Below are positions 8,259-14,637 of a DNA stretch of 44,597 bases, piece by piece (within the stretch, counting starts at the first letter, position 1; each line of letters starts with the position of its first letter). The translations under genes and the position numbers were made by a program. The notes beneath the pieces are model-generated. The model did not search any database. It saw only the letters and a list, made by a program, of their open reading frames with translations, and was not told the DNA's origin. The stretch lies in the IMG/VR virus record IMGVR_UViG_3300000970_000003; one strand, written 5' to 3'. The DNA comes from a virus.

Positions 8259-8462
8259 CTACTCCTCCCCGTCCGCTTCCATTTCTTCTTCTATAAATTC
8301 TTTTATGTCTTCTATAATAGCAGAGGCGTCTTCTATCTCGCTATATGCTCTTTCAGCTGCGGCTTCAGCTTCGTTTGCTTCATCTACAGCATCAGCGAGC
8401 TGCATTTCAGCGTCAGTAAGCCTAGTTTTAATTTCTTTTAAAATATCATGCAGATCGCTCAT
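8259..8462 (-). CDS. very acidic coiled-coil protein
   Basis: 67 aa, roughly one third D/E by eye (DAVDEANEAEAAAERAYSEIEDA...EEEMEADGEE). ATGA overlap with the upstream RHH gene. Confidence 0.6.
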   Translation of the reverse strand: MSDLHDILKEIKTRLTDAEMQLADAVDEANEAEAAAERAYSEIEDASAIIEDIKEFIEEEMEADGEE

Positions 8463-8626
8463 CCTGCCTTCTCCTTCAGCTTCCCTTTGCTGGCTAGGTG
8501 AACGCCCTCTTGAGCGGCCCTAGAAATGTTGATGTTCTTCTTCTTGGCCTCTAAGTAAACCTCTAAATCAATAGTGATTGAGATTTTCTTTTTTTTGCCA
8601 GTGTCTTCGTGTTTAAAGTCGCTCAT
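8459..8626 (-). CDS. ribbon-helix-helix (CopG/Arc-like) DNA-binding protein, 55 aa (absent from the ORF track)
   Basis: GGAGGACGCT precedes the ATG. The product MSDFKHEDTGKKKKISITIDLEVYLEAKKKNINISRAAQEGVHLASKGKLKEKAG has the beta-strand (ISITID) then helix pattern of RHH proteins. Confidence 0.6.
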   Translation of the reverse strand: MSDFKHEDTGKKKKISITIDLEVYLEAKKKNINISRAAQEGVHLASKGKLKEKAG

Positions 8627-8651
8627 AGCGTCCTCCCTAAAAAATATAAAA

Positions 8652-8677
8652 TAGCTATAACTGACATCAGATAGCTA
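8652..8677. promoter_or_regulatory. imperfect palindrome TAGCTATAACTGACATCAGATAGCTA; candidate operator
   Basis: Arms TAGCTAT/ATAGCTA and CTGA/TCAG read directly. It begins 26 nt upstream of the RHH gene start. Confidence 0.45.
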
Positions 8678-8699
8678 AGCTCTGTGTAATTTGGCTCTC

Positions 8700-8975
8700 T
8701 CATCTTCTGACCTGCTCTCTTTTAATTAAGTTTTTTTCGATCAAATACACTAGGGCGTGCTCGTAGGTAGACATACACATAGAGTCGTAGGTGTAAGCCT
8801 GGGAGTCCTTATCGTAGTCGCCTACCGATTGGTTTACTAAGTCTAGGATCGTAAGATCAGCTTCATTCAGCCTTTTTTCAGCCCTATCCAGGTCGCCCTT
8901 TAAAAGCGCGTTTTCTAGCTTTAAACCGTCACGCTCGTCACAAACCTGCTGAAAAGTCTTCACTTGTTTTATTTC
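8700..8975 (-). CDS. coiled-coil protein
   Basis: Start moved to MEIKQVKTF, directly after the stop of the upstream membrane ORF. The longer track ORF overlaps that gene. Confidence 0.55.
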   Translation of the reverse strand, partial: EIKQVKTFQQVCDERDGLKLENALLKGDLDRAEKRLNEADLTILDLVNQSVGDYDKDSQAYTYDSMCMSTYEHALVYLIEKNLIKREQVRR

Positions 8976-8977
8976 CA

Positions 8978-9202
8978 TTAAATGACTCCAGTGTATTGGC
9001 ATAGATAGTAGATACCTATTCCGGTTAAAAACATTGCTAAAGATCCAATCAAAAAACCCACAGCTAAAAACAGTAAGCATTTTTGATAAAAGTAATCCGC
9101 TAATTCGCTTATATTCTTCTCCAACACTTCCCCATAGGTTGAGCTCACAAAAAACTTAATTTTGTAAACGAAGTCGTGTTTAACCCTGGTTATAGCTTTC
9201 AA
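8978..9202 (-). CDS. small membrane protein
   Basis: 74 aa with the hydrophobic stretch LLFLAVGFLIGSLAMFLTGIGIYYL. Confidence 0.5.
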   Translation of the reverse strand: MKAITRVKHDFVYKIKFFVSSTYGEVLEKNISELADYFYQKCLLFLAVGFLIGSLAMFLTGIGIYYLCQYTGVI

Positions 9203-9455
9203 AAAGAGCCTCCTCTGCGTATTTCTCTATTGATCTGTATTCTTCTATATCCGCCGCGAGAATGTGGTTTGTGTATTCCTTGTCATCTCTGCCGAATATT
9301 TTAAAATTGAATTCATCCAGGTAGTGCATAGGAACCCCTCGGTTTCCATCCCTGTCCGCTCCGTAGTCGGACTCAAATTCTATATTGCCCTCGGCTATTA
9401 CCTGAACGGTGCCGATACCATCTACCTGCCAAAAAAACTCGGTTTCTATATTCAT
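9180..9455 (-). CDS. hypothetical protein
   Basis: 91-aa ORF in the operon. Confidence 0.55.
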   Translation of the reverse strand: MNIETEFFWQVDGIGTVQVIAEGNIEFESDYGADRDGNRGVPMHYLDEFNFKIFGRDDKEYTNHILAADIEEYRSIEKYAEEALFESYNQG

Positions 9456-9688
9456 GCCGAAAGCCTCTCTTCTTCGTCTTCTAGCTCTATAGCCAGCTCT
9501 TGAATATCGTCTTCTAGGCTATGTATGAGGTCTACTATACCTTCGAGCATTGGCTTTATACGCATGATCGCTACGGTATTGTCGTAATCAAGTTGAGGTA
9601 CGCTCTGCAGGTCTACCAAAGACCTTTCTAAAGCGGATATTGCTGATTCTTTTCTTTTTATTTCGTATTTGATTTGTGTTTTCGTCAT
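9452..9688 (-). CDS. hypothetical coiled-coil protein
   Basis: 78-aa ORF. It is the first gene after the double motif and carries the conserved leader plus a GGAG Shine-Dalgarno. Confidence 0.6.
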   Translation of the reverse strand: MTKTQIKYEIKRKESAISALERSLVDLQSVPQLDYDNTVAIMRIKPMLEGIVDLIHSLEDDIQELAIELEDEEERLSA

Positions 9689-9716
9689 CCCGTTCTCCTT
9701 CGTATTGCTCGTATTG

Positions 9717-9807
9717 GGTATATACTTAGTATATACTACGGTATGTATAAAGTAAAGGAATAAACCAAGACTGTATTATACTGGTATATACTCAGGTATG
9801 TACTATT
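9717..9807 (-). promoter_or_regulatory. two clusters of the palindromic motif (9718-9749 and 9783-9804); candidate promoter or operator
   Basis: Plus strand reads GGTATATACT, AGTATATACT, GGTATGTATA, then GGTATATACT-ca-GGTATGTACT. On the minus strand a perfect TATAAT lies between the clusters (GTATAATACAG). Confidence 0.55.
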
Positions 9808-10306
9808 AGGAAGACTTTTTTTGCTCTTTTTCTGCGATGAAAGCAGCCAGCTCCTCAGGGGTCATTTTGTTTATTTTAGCTGCAAATTCTGTGTCCGGGT
9901 TTAAAGGCATCCCCTCAGCCCCGGTAACTTCTAATTTGCTTGTCTGGCTCCACCCAGCCTGGCAGCTCAGCCAATATTGAGTCATACGCGCACTCTTTCC
10001 AGATGTAGCCATTTTATAAGCAACCCCGGCTACAGCGTTATTAGCGTGGATCTTACCCTTCAGGACCGCCTCACGAAGTCTAGTGTCCTCGCTTAGCCTT
10101 CTAACAAAAGTAGCCCTGCTCATTCCTAAGGCGACCGCCATATCATCTTGTGAGAAACCGAAACCTGAAAGAGTTGATACAGTATTGTAGTCTTTCTCCT
10201 CAATCTTAATTTCATAGCTGCCTTTAGGCCTATGCGGTGGATTCTTAGTAACCTTTTTAGTAGCTTTTTTAGATGTCTTTTTTTTTGCTTTCTTCTTAGT
10301 CGTCAT
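9806..10306 (-). CDS. HTH DNA-binding protein, terminase small-subunit-like
   Basis: Lys-rich N-terminus, HTH-like MAVALGMSRATFVRRL, then KGKIHANNAVAGVAYKMATSGKSARMTQYWL, which resembles phage TerS proteins from memory. Start set at MTTKKK after GAGGA. Confidence 0.45.
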   Translation of the reverse strand: MTTKKKAKKKTSKKATKKVTKNPPHRPKGSYEIKIEEKDYNTVSTLSGFGFSQDDMAVALGMSRATFVRRLSEDTRLREAVLKGKIHANNAVAGVAYKMATSGKSARMTQYWLSCQAGWSQTSKLEVTGAEGMPLNPDTEFAAKINKMTPEELAAFIAEKEQKKSS

Positions 10307-10340
10307 CGTATTCCTCATGCTCATTTTATAACCAAATACA

Positions 10341-10369
10341 CTTATAGTATACACCGGGTATGGGTACTT
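10341..10369 (-). promoter_or_regulatory. degenerate copy of the bipartite motif
   Basis: Plus strand reads TAGTATACAC-cg-GGTATGGGTACT, about 39 nt upstream of the HTH gene start. Confidence 0.35.
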
Positions 10370-10469
10370 TATGAGGCAAAATGGCTGTTTGTCCAGAGGC
10401 ATGGAATACACACTGTTTATACACACTTTTGTAGGGCTTTAGGGTATGAATTTTGTATCTGCCTAATTA

Positions 10470-10679
10470 TTATGTTTCGGGGTCTTCCGTAATGAAATCC
10501 CTATCTTTTTTCTGTTTTTTTAGGTCGCTTTCTACCACGGCAGCCAAGTGATGCAGGGCGCACAATTTCTTGGCAATCTTTAAATCTATGTGGATATAGG
10601 TGGGGATATCCCCGTTCGCAGGCTCTTCGGTATTTAAAATGTTGTATATAAAGGCAGCGAAATCTCGGTCTCGTTTCAT
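10470..10679 (-). CDS. hypothetical protein
   Basis: Start moved to MKRDRDF, which follows TAGGAGTCGACCG. The track ORF extends to 10769. Confidence 0.45.
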   Translation of the reverse strand: MKRDRDFAAFIYNILNTEEPANGDIPTYIHIDLKIAKKLCALHHLAAVVESDLKKQKKDRDFITEDPET

Positions 10680-10855
10680 CGGTCGACTCCTAAAAGAGTG
10701 TTGGATAGCGTAGACAAGGCTGTCTCGGCCCCCTTCCATTATCCGTCCTGGAACTAGAAGCGCGTCCAACTCCTTAATTATTGCGCAGGATACTTTTCAG
10801 CACAAGGTTTTCTAGGTTAGCCTTTCCTCACATCAAAAATAGGAGGATGAGAAAT

Positions 10856-12112
10856 ATGCAAACGATAAAAATTAGATGTGAGTCTGCCCAGACCATACCA
10901 TTTCAAAAGCTAAAGCCTTTCCAGGGGGAGCTTAAATCTCTATCAAAAGAGAATTATGAAAAGCTTAGGGGCTCTATAATTGAGTACGGCTTCACAAGTC
11001 CCATGAATGTCTGGAGAGAGTCCGATGATAACTGGTATACACTAGACGGCCACCAACGCTGCAGGGTTTTAGAAAAAATGGGAGAAGAGGGGTTTAATAT
11101 CCCAGAGATTCCGGTTTCATTTATTCACGCTGAATCGATAGATGAGGCAAAAAGGATCCTAATCACTCACGCATCTCAATACGGTAAAGTTGAGAAACAA
11201 GGCTTATATGAGTTTGCTATAGAAAACGGCATAGAGCCTGATGAGTTATTTAGTATTGCTCACTTTCCAGAAATCAACGCCGAGGCTTTTAAAACAGAAT
11301 TTTTTATAGACCACGACACCAACGCAGCAAAAGAGGAGATTGAAGACGATATCCCTACGGTATCAGACACTCGAGCGAAGATGGGCGATATATGGCAGCT
11401 AGGAGACCACAGGGTTATGTGTGGGGACGCCACGGACGTTGCTATGGTAGAAGAGCTCATGAATGGAGAGAAGGCAGCCCTATGCCTTACAGACCCTCCC
11501 TATAATGTAGATTATGAAGGCAAAACCAAAGATGCCCTAAAAATTGAAAACGACAAAAAAGAAGACAGTCAGTTTTTTGATTTCTTGCGCGACTCTTTCG
11601 TTAACTATTTCACGGTTATGCACACAGGCGCTCCTATTTACATCTTCCACGCAGATTCTGAAGGCTACAACTTTAGGGGAGCTATGAAAGAGGCGGGATT
11701 TAAAATGGCTCAATGCCTTATTTGGGTTAAAAACCAAATGGTAATGGGTCGTCAAGACTATCACTGGAAACACGAGCCTATCCTCTACGGATGGAAAGAA
11801 GGATCAGCCCATTCTTGGCATACGGATAGAAAACAGACTACGGTCTGGGAGTTTGACAGGCCTCAAAGGAACGCTGAGCACCCTACAATGAAGCCTATTC
11901 ATTTACTGGAATATCCAATCGGAAACTCTAGCTCGGTAGGATCTCTTGTGATTGATTTTTTTGGAGGCTCTGGATCTACATTGATCGCTTGTGAAAAGCT
12001 GAATAGAAAATGTTATACGATGGAGCTCGATCCTAGATACGTTGATGTAATATTGGCCAGATATGAGAAGTACGCTGATAAAGAGGCTGTGCTTTTAAAT
12101 CCTGAAGGCTAG
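10856..12112 (+). CDS. ParB/Srx-like N-terminal domain fused to a beta-class N6-adenine (or N4-cytosine) DNA methyltransferase
   Basis: ParB-type LDGHQRCR; methyltransferase motif IV LTDPPYN precedes motif I DFFGGSGST. Start set at MQTIKI, 9 nt after AGGAGG. This is the only credible plus-strand gene. Confidence 0.85.
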   Translation: MQTIKIRCESAQTIPFQKLKPFQGELKSLSKENYEKLRGSIIEYGFTSPMNVWRESDDNWYTLDGHQRCRVLEKMGEEGFNIPEIPVSFIHAESIDEAKRILITHASQYGKVEKQGLYEFAIENGIEPDELFSIAHFPEINAEAFKTEFFIDHDTNAAKEEIEDDIPTVSDTRAKMGDIWQLGDHRVMCGDATDVAMVEELMNGEKAALCLTDPPYNVDYEGKTKDALKIENDKKEDSQFFDFLRDSFVNYFTVMHTGAPIYIFHADSEGYNFRGAMKEAGFKMAQCLIWVKNQMVMGRQDYHWKHEPILYGWKEGSAHSWHTDRKQTTVWEFDRPQRNAEHPTMKPIHLLEYPIGNSSSVGSLVIDFFGGSGSTLIACEKLNRKCYTMELDPRYVDVILARYEKYADKEAVLLNPEG

Positions 12113-12468
12113 TGTAAAACCTCAGGCCTTACCACCCTTAAACGCTTCCAAAGCTCGGTGGTGAGGTCAAAAACCTTTATTTTACCTGCAAAAAGACTAT
12201 ACCCCTGATTAAAAAAGCTAGGGGATATTTCCAAAAGATCCGTGGCAAATGTTATATTATTAACCAGCTTACCGTCCTTGTCTTGGATAGAAAGCTCTTG
12301 AGCCACCTCTGATTCAAACACCCTGATCAATTCACAACTCACAAACCAATCTAGACTCATCGTCCTCCCCCTATACAGCTCCCCTTTGTAGGTTGCGAAG
12401 GTATCAATACCTGTTGAGCATAGGTGAATGTTTGCTGCCGTGGCTTTTAGTAGGTCAAGGTTTTGCAT
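12109..12468 (-). CDS. hypothetical protein
   Basis: 119-aa ORF coupled to the resolvase gene. Its stop overlaps the methyltransferase stop on the opposite strand (CTAG). Confidence 0.55.
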   Translation of the reverse strand: MQNLDLLKATAANIHLCSTGIDTFATYKGELYRGRTMSLDWFVSCELIRVFESEVAQELSIQDKDGKLVNNITFATDLLEISPSFFNQGYSLFAGKIKVFDLTTELWKRLRVVRPEVLH

Positions 12469-12925
12469 TTAAAATCATCTCCGGTTTCATTTTTGCTAGT
12501 GTTCCTAAGTGAAGCCCATCTTCAGGTTTTAAACCAGATCCAGGCTGTAAGTTTTTTAGTATTTCATGATTATAAAAAACTACCGAGTCCAGAATTTGAA
12601 ACCAGATGACGTAACCCGAAGGGATTGAGCCTCCCGTGAAATCGAGCCACTTAACTTGGCTTTGATCTATTTTTGAATGTGAAAAGGTTTTATTTTGAGT
12701 TGTTTTAGTGTCTAAGCAGGCTGATAAACCATCTTTAGTAATAAAAAAATCAAACGGGCTTTTAGCTCTTTTAAACTGAATGCCGTATTTGGTGCGGACT
12801 GTACGGCCTGCGTCCGGTATTCGAACCGCTCTAACCTTGTTCAGCGAGCAGAGGTCGACAAAAAAGTCTTCAAATGACTTTCCTGCGTCCCTCGCCTTTT
12901 TGCCTGCCCTAGCTCTCGTACTCAT
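12455..12925 (-). CDS. RecU-like Holliday junction resolvase (PD-(D/E)xK)
   Basis: SPFDFF ... ACLDTKT gives D...D-x-K. This is followed by IDQSQVKWL and GYVIWF, matching the RecU layout as I recall it. Confidence 0.55.
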   Translation of the reverse strand: MSTRARAGKKARDAGKSFEDFFVDLCSLNKVRAVRIPDAGRTVRTKYGIQFKRAKSPFDFFITKDGLSACLDTKTTQNKTFSHSKIDQSQVKWLDFTGGSIPSGYVIWFQILDSVVFYNHEILKNLQPGSGLKPEDGLHLGTLAKMKPEMILNAKP

Positions 12926-13196
12926 AGGCTTCTAGAATATCGAAGCGTCGCATTCTGACAAGCCATTCCTTAAACTTCGGGTATTTCCAACCAAAAGATT
13001 TATTGCCTAAAGAGTGAATCATAGTGTGATGTTTTCGGCAGAGTGCCGCTAAATTGGTTTCAACATCATCGCCTCCGGCTCCTACGGTGGTTACGTGGTG
13101 AGGCTCGGCTGGAAATCGCCCACATACAATGCATTTTTTTTGGTGATACTCTTTCAAGAGCTCTTTATTCACTATTCTTTTCTTTTTTGGAAACAT
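12909..13196 (-). CDS. HNH-type nuclease (DUF968-like)
   Basis: CIVCGRFPAEPHHV...NLAALCRKHHTMIHSLG. Confidence 0.6.
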   Translation of the reverse strand: MFPKKKRIVNKELLKEYHQKKCIVCGRFPAEPHHVTTVGAGGDDVETNLAALCRKHHTMIHSLGNKSFGWKYPKFKEWLVRMRRFDILEAYEYES

Positions 13197-13350
13197 GATA
13201 ATAGCATCGGTCGATACTTTTTTTAGATCAAGTGTGGAGCAGGGGGCTGCAAAGAATAAGTGAAACGAGCGATCATAGGAGGACCACTTCCCTAAGGGGG
13301 ATTAATCTTAACCCTGCCCCACGTATAAAACTCTACATGGGACAAAAGCC

Positions 13351-13614
13351 TTAGTCACAGATTTCTAGAATACCTCTTAGATTATGTTTTGCACACATAG
13401 ACAGCACAACATGACGAAGGGCTTTAGCCATCACGCCTTGCTTACCGATGACCTTACCTCGATCAGATTTTGCAACGTGTATTTCAAATACATCTAAAAC
13501 TTCAGATTTTGAATGGACGATTTTCACGTCCGATGGGTTGTTAACTAGCGAAAGGACTATTCCTTTGAGAACATCTTGTATTGTTTCCTGAATTTCGGTT
13601 TCCATATTTCTCAT
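13351..13614 (-). CDS. KH-domain RNA-binding protein (KhpA/YlqC-like)
   Basis: 87 aa with LVNNPSDVKI...DRGKVIGKQGVMAKALRHVV. This contains the GxxG loop (GKQG) in the small bacterial KH-protein layout. Confidence 0.65.
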   Translation of the reverse strand: MRNMETEIQETIQDVLKGIVLSLVNNPSDVKIVHSKSEVLDVFEIHVAKSDRGKVIGKQGVMAKALRHVVLSMCAKHNLRGILEICD

Positions 13615-13771
13615 CCCCAGAAAGCTCTACATTAAATACGCTCTCAATCTTTCCTTCCTCATTTACTATAGTAGACATAGTTTTGGTTAGAGCACAAATA
13701 TAAGTGACTACGCATCTACGACCTTCTTGAAGCAAAAATAACTTTTGACCTCTTAGAAATTTTGTTTTCAT
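13541..13771 (-). CDS. small hypothetical protein
   Basis: Start set at MKTKFLRG after GAGGAGAG. The track ORF's N-terminal extension covers the promoter-like motif. The 3' end overlaps the KH gene by 74 nt. Confidence 0.4.
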   Translation of the reverse strand: MKTKFLRGQKLFLLQEGRRCVVTYICALTKTMSTIVNEEGKIESVFNVELSGDEKYGNRNSGNNTRCSQRNSPFAS

Positions 13772-13864
13772 AGCGCTCTCCTCTTTTTGACCATCTGGTT
13801 TTTTGATCGGAGTATTTGTCGAAAGCGTTAAATTCAGGCAGGTTTGAGTGTTCATGTGGTCCTT

Positions 13865-13900
13865 GTAGTATATACTAGAGTATGTATAGGCTGCTGTCAA
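13865..13900 (-). promoter_or_regulatory. bipartite motif plus TTGACA; candidate sigma-70-like promoter
   Basis: Minus strand reads TTGACA-17 nt-TAGTAT within TTGACAGCAGCCTATACATACTCTAGTATATACTA. TAGTATATACTA is a perfect 12-bp palindrome. Confidence 0.5.
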
Positions 13901-14013
13901 TTTAAGCTGGCCCTAGATCGCCCCGTGTGCGCGTTTTATTTCTGTTAGGTATCAATAGGCCAAAGTCCATTTAAAATCGAACCTTGCCCCGGTCTCGCGA
14001 ATATTTTAGCCCT

Positions 14014-14637
14014 TTAAAAAGGTGGAGCAAAGTTATCTTGTGGAGGCTCGGAGGCTTTTTGCTTCTCTTCGAAATCCTGCCCGGCTTTTATGATCTTTTC
14101 TACGCTCTCCTTGTGGTGATCGTAAGTGCTTTGATCCATAGCATAATCACCCTGCCCATTTGCTTCACACCAGGCGTTATGCGGAATCCCGTGGCGGGTT
14201 CTGCTAAAAACTACGAAGTGATCCTTGTGGGCCGCTGTGAAAATAGGAGCTGAAGATTGCTGAAGCTGCCAAGCATCACACCTCGCTGTACAAGCGAATC
14301 CGTATGGTCCTGCGTGAGGCTTGTTTTTTTTGTAAGCCGTCGTGAGGCCAGAGCCATCGCATACCGGACAAACCTTGCCTGCAGCTAAATCCGCCTGAGC
14401 TCTTTCCAGCTCCATCAATTTTTTATGCTGGAGTATAGGAATGCCGTATTTGTCAAAATCCTTCATGATAGGCAAGCCACGCTGGTTGAAAATGATCTGG
14501 CTGCAGACGTTGTAAAACTCTTCGTTGTCCAGACCCTCGTAGCGTTTGAAGAGCTCTTTTTGGAATTCCGGCCCTACCTCGCCTTTAAAATTATTTTGAA
14601 TCCTGCCAATGCAATTTTTGAAGTGGGTTATATCCAT
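14014..14637 (-). CDS. replication accessory protein, possibly a helicase-loader-like protein with a zinc finger
   Basis: 207 aa, TAATG-coupled to the initiator gene, with CPVCDGSG. The G39P-like assignment rests on context and weak recollection only. Confidence 0.35.
   Translation of the reverse strand: MDITHFKNCIGRIQNNFKGEVGPEFQKELFKRYEGLDNEEFYNVCSQIIFNQRGLPIMKDFDKYGIPILQHKKLMELERAQADLAAGKVCPVCDGSGLTTAYKKNKPHAGPYGFACTARCDAWQLQQSSAPIFTAAHKDHFVVFSRTRHGIPHNAWCEANGQGDYAMDQSTYDHHKESVEKIIKAGQDFEEKQKASEPPQDNFAPPF

Noticed and set aside
13772-13900. N-terminal extensions of track ORFs (13541..13900, 9806..10426, 10781..10855, 8976..9080, 4108..4149, 7909..7953, 10680..10769)
   Set aside because: The extensions start at weak or non-ATG codons, run through intergenic motif or promoter sequence or overlap the upstream gene. 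Internal ATGs with good Shine-Dalgarno sequences exist, so shorter gene models are preferred.
13985-14012. Possible terminator after the 207-aa replication accessory gene (minus strand GAGACCGGGGCAAGGTTCGATTTT)
   Set aside because: The stem is only about 5 bp with a bulge and the T-run is short and interrupted. The evidence is insufficient.
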